From: Eukaryota sp. TZLM1-RC | Lineage: Eukaryota; Protista; Metamonada: BaSk clade | Assembly: GCA_040285825.1 (NCBI GenBank) | Contig: JAUPSS010000010.1 | Coordinates: 804,881-868,880 of the forward strand | Direction: 5' to 3' | DNA length: 64,000 nt | Shown: one piece after another, positions 10,858 through 22,713 of the stretch | Layout: the number at the start of each line of letters is the position of its first letter | Position numbering within the stretch: the first letter of the stretch is position 1 | Program-made: the position numbers and the translations under genes | Notes under the pieces: model-generated | What the model was told of the DNA's origin: nothing | Seen by the model: the letters and a program-made list of their open reading frames with translations, nothing else | The model's database searches: none

Positions 10858-11070
10858 TCTACAAATGCCTTAGTAGCATTTGGTGGATCCACTTAGATAC
10901 ATCAAGTCGCGAGGCTTTGTTCTGTGAAAGCAGTAGGTGTATTTAAGTGAGGTAGCCCATTGATGAAGATCATGATTGTCTTTGCCAAATGATGCTACAT
11001 GTCTCTTACAGCCTGTGAGTAGACACCGAGGGAGTTGAACACAGGAGTGAATTTCACAGGGGTGCCTCTA
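10858..11070 (+). ncRNA. Candidate Fanzor omegaRNA (structured RNA at the element's 3' end)
   Basis: Consecutive helices: 10858-10887; 14-bp 10890-10903/10936-10949 enclosing two GNRA-capped hairpins (GCGA, GAAA); 10952-10998; 11000-11025. Mismatches are G-U on the + strand. Confidence 0.65.
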
Positions 11071-11310
11071 CAATAATAATTTCTATTAGCACAACACTAC
11101 TTAAACCATCAAGTACATTACTTGAGATGAACACTGTTTCAGCTTGACTATTGGAGTTCCTCGACTTCTCTGTTCTGTTATCCAGTTTGTGATGAGTCGG
11201 ATGTATGCTGCTTCTGCAGTACTGATCACCTACAAGAGCCATTCATTGGCTTGAATCATTGATCCATTTGCCTCTACCTAAATACCTCTTGTCCAATCTA
11301 TTCGCTACCC

Positions 11311-11435
11311 TCTTTCTTGTCCTTCTTTCTTGTCCTTGTTCTTGTCCTTTCTTTGTCCTTCTTTCTTGTCCTTCTTTCTTGTCCTTCTTTCTTGTCCTTC
11401 TTTCTTGTCCTTCTTTCTTGTCCATCTTTCTTGTT
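11311..11435. repeat. Minisatellite of ~13-bp unit TCTTTCTTGTCCT, ~9-10 imperfect copies
   Basis: Repeated cttgtccttcttt units read directly. Confidence 0.9.
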
Positions 11436-11944
11436 GAGTATACCCTCTCAATCACCATTTCAGACCTAAACCTCGTCCATTTTCTAGATCTGATCCTTTT
11501 CTTCAAAGATTTCACTAGTAGAGTTTCATTTATACATGCTTCTACTTCTCTTCTTTTCTTATTGTTTGCTTATTCACACTTACCACTGTACTATTACTAT
11601 TACTGTTTCATCTTTGCTCAACGTGTTTGATCTTAGTGTTTCATTATCAGCAACCCAATTTAGCTTATTCAAATCATTTATCTCGGAATTTGCGTCAGCT
11701 TTCTACAGTCATCTGTTAATGGCAGTCAACTTGTTATTGTAGTTTCTATTACTTTCATCAAAGTATTTACAAAAACTTTGAAAAATGAAAAACTTCCCAA
11801 AGTTTTTGGCCGATTTTCTTTTTTCTAAACATTGAGTTATAAATTGTTTTATTAAATTTCGAATATCTTTTTTAAACTTTTACTCCAAAAATAAGCATTC
11901 GGAAATGTTAGATTTTGCTGCTGATTATAAGTTGTTTTAGTTTT

Positions 11945-11967
11945 ACCCCACCGCTGGGACTCGAACC
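11945..11967 (-). pseudogene. tRNA 3'-end fragment (T-loop/B-box plus acceptor strand)
   Basis: GGTTCGAGTCCCAGCGGTGGGGT; no 5' half or complete T-stem partner. Confidence 0.3.
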
Positions 11968-12585
11968 TCGGTTGTTTTGCCAATTTAATCAGTCATCTCT
12001 TGTTGATTTTTGCCTTATTTTATTCTCTCAACACCACATTATTATCTTTTTTACGGTGTTTTACCTTATTTCTGCTAAAGTCTTTTTTAGTTGTTCCTTT
12101 GAATTATTCAAAACAATTTATGTTTTCATTAATTTTTTGTATCGAATAATTGCATTTCATTTTATTGTTCAAAATTGGGATTTTTTTCTCAGCAAGATTC
12201 AATTTTTCAGAGTCTTTACCAAATTTTGAGAGTAATTCTCTTCATTTGAAGTCTCTTTTCATAAACGAATCAACGACTGAGTATTCATCAATCTTTAAGT
12301 TTTTGACTGTTTGAAGTTGATTACGGTCAAGAACAGATCTGATCACGTGTGTCTGTATATTCTACATGTTTTTGGATCTTAAATTCATTATTTATTCAAT
12401 TGTGCTAATTTCAAATGTTCTTATTACTGACGAAATCGAATAACTGCTCATGATTTTAGTGTTGAAAACATTGCATTATTACAGCTATTTTTGTTTTAAT
12501 TATTTTTGATCATCATTCGAAGACATTACTCAATGTTTGAATTGAAAGTTTAAAGTTGATTGGAATGGTATTTAAAGAAATATTG

Positions 12586-13336
12586 TTAATTTAAAATAAA
12601 ACTGACAGCTTCATATCTTAGCATGTCTATCAAGACTTCTGACTTCCTAATATATGCGCCCTGAATGCCTCTTCCCAATGTTCTTCTACTAATGAGTTGA
12701 TACTTATTACCAAGAATAAAACGGAACAAAGAAATGAATCTAGGAGATTCTATCAGCCCGAAAGGTACAATGTCACACACGAAGACATCCACAAGTAGAT
12801 CTTCAAACGTCTGCTGTTGTGTAGGAGACAACTGGAGCGAAAATGGTTGTTCTAAGTAATTGGTGACAGCTGGCTGAGGTTGTAGATCCTCTTCAGGGGG
12901 AGAGATGTCGAAATTAGGGTGTTTCTTAGCGTAGTGTGCAATAAGAACAGAAACTGATGTTGAAAGGACATATGTTTGTTCAAGGCAATCATTACAAACA
13001 CGACGCTCTTCAATGACAAGCCCACCGTAGAAAAACTTATAAACACCATAGTGATTCAGGATTTTATGACTCTTTTTGGTGTCTGGAGGACAAACACTGT
13101 AAGAAAAACCCTCAGAAAGCTTATCAAGACGGTGTTTAAGTGAACCTCTTTTATTCCAGGGAACATGCATTGAAAAAAAACTAAATTTGATACCAGATTT
13201 CGAGTCGACTAAAACTCGAACTCAATTGGAACTCGAGTCTGGAAAATCACAACTTGAACTCAACTCGAGCTCGACTGGAGTCAAGTTCGAGTGAAGTCGC
13301 AACTCGAAATTTCGAGTCGAGCTTTGCCCAACTCTA
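12586..13336 (-). mobile_element. hAT DNA transposon, 5' part (terminus, subterminal repeats, BED-finger transposase fragment 12586-13170)
   Basis: CNDC...LIAHYAKKH (BED finger), DIVPFGLIESPRF...ISRRTL; terminus TAGAGTTGGGCAAA at 13336 with a dense (A)CTCGA(G) array at 13200-13322. Confidence 0.8.
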
Positions 13337-14538
13337 CATTATAGGTACTTTGGGTGACACTGGGGGTTTTAGATGACATTGATTTGGCTATAATTGAAAA
13401 GAAATTTAAGGAATGGAAAGTACAAAAATTAAGTTTTACCAAGGCTATAAGGATTTATGGAGGAGCTCTGAAGAAAATTGGATACATTGCAATAGTTCAG
13501 TACTGAGACTTGCTGTTAGCCTTGATAGATAGGTGTCAATTTTTACCGATTGAGAAGAAACAAATTGAGTAACTCAGTAAGCATTAGAATTACAATCTTC
13601 AGAAGTATTCTATCGTCTACAAATTCAATCGTGTGAGATTAACAGGGATTTAGGTGAGACCCGCTGTCCCATTTGAACACCTGTGAACACCTGTCTGCTC
13701 TAGTTTCCCACACATTTTCTATCTGTCTTATATTGGGATTTGCTTCTTTAAAGTCTTCCATTGTCAATCTATTCGCAACAATTTCTTGCTGTGCCTCAAC
13801 ATGTTTCTGGTATCAATTATTATTAATGTTTATAGGGTCAACTTTTACACAAATAGTTACTTCTTTGTCGTTTGTAGCAAGTATCCACTTCTTCATTGTT
13901 TCGTTCATAACTGTACAATGAGTACCAGTTGTAACTCCTTTGAAATAAACAACCAGCTTTGCAGAGGGATGGAGCACCATTGCTTGGTTTTTGGCTGTTA
14001 ACTCGTACTATTGAGGTCTGGGGAATCCACAACTGCAAAAGGCAATTCCTGTTTGGTGATAAAAGGCAGCAAATATAAGTCTCGTTCTCGGTGTATTCTC
14101 TTCTGTCGTTCTCGTTGGTTTTCTAGCATCAGCTCGTTTAGGCAAATCTTTACCACAAAAAGATAGAATCAACGTGCCTTTACTAGTTCGAAGACTCACG
14201 AAACACTGGTCATTTTTTTGGACATAACGGTAGGATTTCGACAACTCTTATGTGACTCCAATTGAAAACGATGAGCAGCACATCCAATGAATTGCACATT
14301 CAGTATTCTTGCTTATTTCTGGGACATTTGTCTCCAGTTAGAAATAAAACATTGTGGGATGATTTGGCAAATCTATTTAAAACAATATCGATCAGTTGCT
14401 GGGCACCAAAATAAGTATGGGTCACTGCTAAATCTTCAATGGTTTTGTTCTTATCAATTTCAAACAGGACAATGGCTAGTAAGAAGGATGGTGAACAATT
14501 TGGTATAGCTGCAAACATTCCAAGGTAATGCCTATGGG

Positions 14539-15513
14539 CAAGGCTTGGAAATATTGTATTGCAATATATTAGTATTGGTTTTCAGCCCGCCAATCAATAT
14601 TGATGAGTGTCAATATATTGACAATATTGTTTTCTACTTTCGAAATCGGTTTTTAGAAACTATTAAATCTTTTATAAACTATAACTAATGCTAATTATCA
14701 ACATTTGTATCTTCCTCTGACCATTTTTTATCACACAATTTACGAATAGTTGCAACATTCCACAATTCTCGATTGTACCACAACCATAGCTGAGTTTCAA
14801 GACGATTGTTGGACAGCGAATTTCGAGTCAGTAGGATGGATATTTTGACTCGAGAAAACAACCGTTCTACCTCAACAGACGTTGCGGAATCCAAGACAAA
14901 TCCCTGTACTTTCTATTGAGAGCTCGTCGCTGTTGAGACAAGTCATGAGCTCTTTCAGACAGAGTTTTTTTAGTACCTGCGTCACAGATGTGAACAACAA
15001 GTTCGTTTGCTGATATTTCAAACTTTTCCGATGCATGTTGCTCGCAAAAAGTGAGCTGGTTCTCTTGTCCATCCAATACTTTTAGCACAGCTGTTTCAAA
15101 CTGTGGGCTACACGACCTGGGAAGTGGATAAACAGTTTTATGTCGACGGCGCTCACCACAGACTCAACGCCAAACTTCAGTGTCATCAGACGAGGTAGAT
15201 TCTAAGCTGAAATAAGTTTTGCAGATGGTTTTGTTTTTAGCCATGTCACATGTAGGAGAAAGCAGGTACCAGAAACGAAGGAAGATATTTTTTCTCTTTC
15301 ATGGTTTATTTTAATTCGTTGATGTTGATCATATTGTTGGTGGTTGTCCTTTGAAGAATTATGCTGAATGCTGTACAAATCAAGAGTTTATTCAAGAACA
15401 TAACACTCCATTTAACATAACCAATATTGCCAATATTGCCAATAATTGATATTGGAAACCTGGTGGTCCAATAAATATTGGCCTAATTGTATTGGCAATG
15501 CATTATCTCCAAG
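14539..15513 (-). mobile_element. Internally deleted hAT element of a second family
   Basis: hAT dimerisation motif ATSVEVERLFS...TRNSLSNNRLETQLWLWYN; CAATAT/ATATTG subterminal arrays at both ends; partial TIRs CAAGGCTTGGAAATA / TATCTCCAAG. Confidence 0.75.
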
Positions 15514-16771
15514 GTAATGCATATATATAGGTTTTAATACCATTATTATTATTTATTATACTATGTTTTAAGGTAGAAGCTACTTGATCTGAGAGCAATC
15601 TAGCATATTCAACAAGAGTGGTGGAGCAAATAGGTTTTAGTTAAGTTTTGTCACGAACATGTGGTTTGTCAACAAAGTTGTAAAGAAGGGAGTCTTCGAT
15701 CACTTACTCTAACCTCTTGAAAATGTTGCTGAACTTGGCTTCAACAATAAACTGTGTCATAGAGAGTTGAGCATGGTATTTGACTATTATCTTCATTCCA
15801 TTGAGTTTCACAACGTTTTCTTTGATGAGTTGATCTGTTTCACGAATAATGTCAAGATCAGAGTGATAGACTTCCGTACGAAGATTGTGGATGTTTTTCA
15901 GATTAAGTCGACAATCCTAATACTTAATTTTCAAGAATGAAAAAACATCAGGCACATGTGTTAAAGCTTTGAGCACCTGAACAGTAAGTATTTCAGCTTC
16001 GTCTTGAATCCATGAATGTTTATAAGTAACTGGAGCTGCCTTACAATATAAAAAAGCTTGAGTATGAGTCCAGTTACATTTATAAACATCAATAGTCCAG
16101 ACATATTTGATTTCTCCTCTCAACCTTCTTTTCTCTTCGTTGTTCAAATCATAGCATACATTTAACATACTCACTTTATTGTAGAAACACATTAAACACT
16201 ACAAAAACAACTATCATACATGAGTTGGTGTGTACTCCCTTCATTGATTGGAGAAAGCGTTTAATTTGTTACATCAGTTGAAGCATTCCTTCCCTTTTTT
16301 ATCTTCTCTACTGCCTGAAATACAACATTCTACTATAATAGAGGACTGAGATTCAGTAAAACTACTCATTGGATCTACAAAAGGTTCTAACTTCTCTACA
16401 CAGTTTTCATTCACATTTCAAAAAAGTGAATGAGGATCCAAAGCAGTAAAGGTCGGACTGAGAGGACGTTTTGGTGTTGCGTGAAGCTACCATATCCCAC
16501 AAGGGATTCCTTGATGTGGTGACTTTCATATCAAAGCCACTTGGAAGAGTCTTGTCAGGGGAAAACATTAAGAGAAAATACAGAAAAACACGAAAATACA
16601 CTGTATCTGTATTTTCAGGGTATGGTTTAAATACTAAAAACTCCATCTGGCAAAGTCTTTTGAGGCTTTCCCCAAAATCCACTTTTTTCAGTATCATAAA
16701 TTCTTTTTCCACCATCCAAAATTTTTTTGGTCCTAAACCACCACTTCATTAAATCTGATTGAATGTCGTCA

Positions 16772-18024
16772 TCAATTATTATACAGTTTCAAGATGAAAG
16801 TTTTACCAGGATTTGGGAGCAGACCAGTACTGGTACTCCATTTATTTTCTCTTATCATTTCCAATTTCTTCTCTTCCCAACATTTTGTCCAGATTTGTTT
16901 CAACTTCTGAATGGCAAATGAGTCCGCTGGTTGGGTAAAATGCGTTGAGTTTGCTGGTTGGTACCTTAACTCAGCGTGAATTTCAGTGAGCTTGTCTCTA
17001 TTGTTGACCACACTTTTAGGATCCAAGGAATGATTGGGAGCATTGTCACAGACAATAATGAGCTTGCGGTTGTGTCTGTTCCTTTTCCATATTCTCCTTT
17101 CCCCAAAGAACTCTGCAAACACATACGAGTGGACGAAACCCTTTGGAGCTGATCTGTAAGCAACACCTTCAATATGGTCAGGTGTGCCCCGGATTGGATA
17201 TGAGCTATTTTTGTTCATGAAAACCAGCATTGTAATATCAACCTTTGCCAAAGAAACTCCAGTTATCTTGACAATCATCGTTAAGCCTTCACCGCCTGCA
17301 ACAACGTCTGCATATCTAACATCGGTGTCGCCAGTAAACCCCAGAGTTTTTCCATTGTCCATGTTGAAAACGAAATCGGTTTCATCAAAATTACAAATCA
17401 TGGCCTCTTCAATCGTTCCTTCTTGGAATTCTGTTTTAGTTTGTCCCAGGTGATATGCGACTTGTCTTTCAATCAAAATTCTCTTCTCATCAGATGTTTG
17501 TAATTTCCCCTTTTGAGTTCGTGCAACAATATCATTCGTTTTCATGAACTGTTGAATCCATCTTGATGAAATACTGTCACAAATTCTTTTTCGGTTAACA
17601 TCATTGTCTGGAACAAAACTAGCACTAGAAGCTGCATCTGGTGGTTCCAAGATCTGTTGAGCGAGACCTATCAACATTGATGGAGAGAACTTTACACCTG
17701 CCTTCTTTAAACGAGTAAACTCATCTATTAATTCACGATACAACCATTGAACCCATTCAGCACGTTTAGGTCCTCTCCCAGATAGCGCTTTGAAATTCAC
17801 AACATTTCTCATTCTTCCCTGTCTGTTGAAAACAGTGTTTGTTACATCTTGAGAATCTAATTGACTTCTTTATAAAATATTCTTGTCCAGAAATTGTGAA
17901 AACATCTTTTATCAGAAACCACACTGCTGTTTCAACGAAAATGAAGACAAAATTACTACTGGCATTACCATTATTAGTCTCAGTGAGACTAATTGTCAAC
18001 TGAGACTAATTAGGGTTGGCGGTG
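16772..18024 (-). mobile_element. pogo/Tigger-like transposon; DDE_1 transposase ORF 16772-17812, 3' truncated
   Basis: CENP-B-type HTH region (SSRWIQQFMK), CNFDET, CDNAPNH, PANSTHFTQPAD; candidate 5' end TA|CACCGCCAACCCTAATTAGTCTCA at 18024. Confidence 0.85.
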
Positions 18025-18237
18025 TAATTTATTGCTGAACTAATATCCAAATAACTAATTTTCTACTGGGTAACACTCAAAGTGAACTTTGTGTAATCAT
18101 AAAATGTTTTGCAACACAGGCGACAGTTGACAAAGTTCCCAAAGATACCTATGCTCTGTCACCATAGTCGTATTCATTTTTTTTCGTCAATTGAGAGAAT
18201 TTCTCTCACTTTAAAACGCAATTTGCAACAATTTTTC

Positions 18238-19367
18238 TTACATATTCCTTAATTGTTTTCGCTTTTTGCCATTTTGTGGAGGTCTTATTTTTTCACTACT
18301 TTCACCAGCAATGCAATTTAACCAATCATCAGGAAAATCAATGTTGGGCAATGATCTAGTACTTAAACCTCCAAAGATCAGCTGAGGGGGTAAAAGTACA
18401 CTAGATTTGGTAAGAACCTGTGATTCTTGTTGTTTCTGATCCTTTTTCAGCATAAGTGTAATCAGACAATGGGCACCACGGTGCAAGAGTCTCATCCATC
18501 TCCAAAACTAACTTTGGATTATATCTGATCAGCATTTCAGACGTCTTTTTCATAGACAATGCTGCTTCATAAGCTTCACTTTGAGAAAGATTTCTCGTCT
18601 GGTTACCTTTCGTTTCACCCATTTGAGGGTGTTTTCCAGTATTCCTCGTGCCCAGTGTTCACTCAAAATTAGTCCACCACCATTTTCCTTCAGTCGCGCA
18701 TCTAAACCTGATGATTTCATCACAGCCCTGGTTAGACTTTGAATAATAACTGCAGTGACTCTGTCATTGGCTAGTCGAACAGCTTTAATTAAATCTATCA
18801 ATTCCTTATGTTGTTGAGTTGGTAGAAGTGTTGGGCGACCCCGTTGCTTTTCTCTTAAAAGTAGCTGTCTTGTGGCTTCTAAAGCTTCTTCTTGGGTTGA
18901 ATAAATATCTATCATTTCCTGTAGAATAGAATTAAAAGCAGTCCGCCAATTCATAACGACCTAGTTGTAAGTTTCAAGATGCTATGATGTAGCACAGCTT
19001 GAGGCGCACTGTGTTGATTTCTGCGGATCCATAAAACATCTTCTAATTGCTGAGCTTTATCTACTATATTATACGTAGAAGGATGGTCCACAATACTATT
19101 ATCAGGGAAAGCAGATACAAGAACGCTATTAAGCTTATCTGATCTATTGGGGGGAGAAGTCATGTTGTTGGAAATGTCTTCGCCAGATGAGACACCAAAT
19201 GAGGAACAACAAAGGGTAAAAGTTTACTTTGAACAAGACGAGGTTGTTTTGTAGGTGGTGAAGAGACCATGCTAAATGATATGACAAAAAAGTTCGGCGA
19301 TAAGAAAATAATCGCCCAATTAATAGGCGTCCAATTTTTTTGGCGTCCAAAATTTTAGGAAACACGA
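18238..19367 (-). mobile_element. Second, degenerate pogo/DDE_1 transposon
   Basis: RGRPTLL, LSEHWARGIL..LKWVKRKVT, EMDETLAPWCPLSDYTYAEKGS, LLPPQLIFGGLSTRSLP; TIR-like CGTGTTTCCTAAAATTTTGGACGCC near 19365; frameshifted. Confidence 0.75.
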
Positions 19368-20749
19368 TGGGAATTGTCGTGCAGTGAGAAAATTGTCGTT
19401 CGTGGAGTGGTGTTATCAGTCTGGACCAAAACGATAAACATCACATCCTACCAGTGGTATTTTTAGCAACCGAGCTAGCTTCTTGTTTGCTCTACAATTG
19501 TCTGCAGTAATAAATAAATCACTGTTCAGCGTTTGTTTACATTGCTGTAAAGTAACATCTAAAAGATCCCTCATCTGTTCGAAACAGATTGAGTTGGAGA
19601 CATGTCTGCAAAATGAAGATCACTATTGATTTCGAAAGGGGAAAGGGACAACAAGAACAAAGAATTGTGGGATAGTATTCTTGCAGAACACCAAAATAGT
19701 GTAAATGACTGTTTCAATTGTACCAAGCATCAATAAGAAAAACCGAACTTCTGTTCCAACAAATCAGACAACTTCGAGCGTATTTAAAGAAACAAGAAGT
19801 TTACATATTTGAGCAAAGTGTTGGAAAAATGCACTTTAGCCGGACGTTCGGGCTCTTTCCTTATAATCAAAGCAAATGAAGGCTGTCCATGATAATCCAC
19901 TGTATCCACTGAAAAATGTTGGAGGACTTGTCATTGATGGTTGAGTCGGTAAAAATGGTTGAAGACGTGACTTAATACACTCATACTCTTCTTCTAAAAA
20001 AAGTTTTGTAATCACACGGTTATCGAGGTTGGTCCAATCAAAACCTCTTTGTTGTGAACCACTAGATTACAGCGGCACTTGTGTGGGATACCTTTCCGAT
20101 TAGGAGATTGTAGATCGTGTTCAGTACAGAACACAAAACAAAGGGCCTTCCGGTCATTCGGCATTACGATGGAATTAACGATCAAGGTACAGAAAGTAAT
20201 GTTTGTAAACTTGTTCAGATTGACACTGACCTCTTTTATTGTTACATTCTTTAATCATGAACCAAAAAATGACTGACGAAAACAAACAGTTTAAGGAAAC
20301 CCTATTCCAACAATCCAACAACAAAAACGTTTTACTTCCACAGCCATTCTATCAGAGGCACACTCGATGAAGAGCACAGGTAAAATATCAGCAATCAATG
20401 ATTGGTTGGACAGTTGTCACCAACCAAAAAGAAAATGCAGTCTCTGTTTCTTTCCTAACCCTCTAACCCTCTAAACCCTAATCAATTATAAAAGCAGTTG
20501 AATGAGCTTTCCGCAAAACGTTGTCTGATCTGTTGAATCGGTAGTCTTCATCATAGACCTCATCTCACTCAAAAGGAAACAACCCAAGCATTACCAGGTC
20601 CTTGGAATTTGATATGGCAGCAAACACTGCAAAAGACTCTTTAGAAATAATAATAAGTCTTCAGCTGTAAACAACACTATCAAATTCTGGGGGAAGCTCC
20701 GCGTTTAATTCCTGAAAAATTTCAGTATATATCAACTACAAGTTATGTT

Positions 20750-21437
20750 TCAAGGTTTTGGCAAAAATTGACTCAAGAAAATTGTACCTCTCTCTCTGGC
20801 TTTCTCTTAGGTAAAGCAAAATATTGGTCCTTTCAGTTACTACTCAAATTAACCGTATTGAGTAGCAGACTTGTCAACTTTGGGCTTTGTTGCAAAATTG
20901 TAGATAGATGGCGTTTCATTTGATTACTGTAACAGAGAAGGCCAATGTTTACGATGAGACTTCACATGTGTCTTAAGGTGTTGATATTCAATGTTTCGGG
21001 TAATCTGAACACAGCAGATGCCCTTGATTTATCAAAAGTCACTGTTTCTGGCATTATCTTCAAACGTTCGAAATAACGAGTTCACAGACTGAGAAATTTC
21101 TTTTTGTCTCCTTAAAGCAACATCTGGGCTTCTTCAACGACCCTGCAACATGTATTCTGATTGACAGGAATATCAGACATTCTCTTTCTTCAGGTCCACG
21201 GCGTCTAATCCTCTTTCAAAATATGAGCAACAACTTTTGCAGGGACGTGGATCTTTGATTCAGCTTAACAAGGTGTTTTGTGCTCTACGAATATCGTAAC
21301 AAGGCACACATCCCAATCTATGAAGGACGTTGGCAAAACGAAAATGGCACTTCTTATCATCACATCGTACTTTACATCGTTTTTTGTTATTGTTATCAGT
21401 AGAAGAAAGTTCTTCGTTAACTTCACTGGTGTGCATT
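20750..21437 (-). pseudogene. Possible degenerate Mutator-like transposase N-terminus
   Basis: VRCDDKKCHFRF...TIFVEHKTPC resembles a MuDR-type Cys/His DNA-binding region; stops and frameshifts. Confidence 0.25.
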
Positions 21438-22713
21438 TTTTATCATTTTTCCCGACTCTGAAACACGTCGTTTACAGAAATCGATATAGATTCAGGGGCT
21501 TTAAGTTTGCAAATTAAAATTGTGAAAATGGAAAAGCATGTTTAGTAAATCAGGGCCCTGTATTTGAAAGTGCCGTTATAAAAAAAGAGTAAATGGTCAA
21601 TTATTAATGACAGGGTCCACAATAAGAATAACTACAATTAATAAAACTTATATTCATCATTATCGTCTCTACAAATCACAAAACAAGGCATGCAGGCGCG
21701 ATAGATCACCTGTTGTAAAGGATATTGTAATAACATGGTATTCGATTGTATAATCGAAAGGTAGTTGAACATAATTTTAAACAAAAACTAAAAATATGAG
21801 GTAAAATACGTGATTGATTCATGGTGTACACCATTTGTCACAATAAGTCTCACCGAGACGAATTATATTGCATCCAGAATCAACGAAAAATGCATTTGTA
21901 ACAGAATTCACATCTCAATAGTCAGAATGTGCTCAACCAATGATCATCATGGACTGAAAATATTCTTTGAATGATACAGGAAAAGATGTCCGCATCTTGC
22001 TCTATCAGGAGGACATGCCTACCCAAAGGTAATTAACATCACGGAAACACAACACCCAAAACCAGCACTCCATTTTATTATTATTAACCAAAACAAATTG
22101 TATCCAATTCAGTCAATGTTGGTAATCTTTCCTCACAAATTGGTTTCATGGGCCGATTGGTCTTTGTCAAATATCTTTCAGAAAAAAAGGTTCGGAAGTG
22201 AGATATTATTAAAATTGCTGGTGATTATTGTGACGATACTTGTGACAGTTTTCTCATTCAAAAGTTCAACAAAACATAAGAGCAACTCTGAAAGTGTAAA
22301 AAGTAAAAGATGATGAGATCTAGTGGTGAAATTTCTACTTCAATAAAGCTGCCAAATCCAGAAAAGCATATTTTCCAGCCTCACTGTAGAAACAAGTAAG
22401 TTAAATATTTCCTTGAAGGACGAAAACCTTGCTGCTTCCACCGACAAAAACATTTATAACATCATAACCGGATCCGTAAGATATGTCCCTATAGAAAGAC
22501 CATTTTACTGAGCATAGTGAAGGTGATTCCACTTGTGATTGGATCTGAGTCAAAGCTAATCTTAAGCTGGCAATGATGCAACAATACTGGCAATTTGTTG
22601 CCATTATTGTAGTTTATTAGATTTAAGAGTTCCAAACATATTTCCAAAAACTCATTATTGTTGATTACAGTGTATTTACCTCATTCCACTTCTACAGTTG
22701 CACCTTCATCACA

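Noticed and set aside
11311-11435. Repeat array near the Fanzor as a CRISPR-like guide array
   Set aside because: Head-to-tail 13-mer units with no unique spacers; a simple minisatellite. The overlapping ORFs 11243-11630 are artefacts of it
13640-14250. Tc1/IS630 transposase (SPDLN and IENVW fragments on the - strand)
   Set aside because: The two fragments are ~300 nt apart instead of contiguous, and no other catalytic motifs or TIRs were found
15600-16715. Coding-like fragments on the - strand
   Set aside because: Interrupted by stops, no recognisable motif; cannot be assigned
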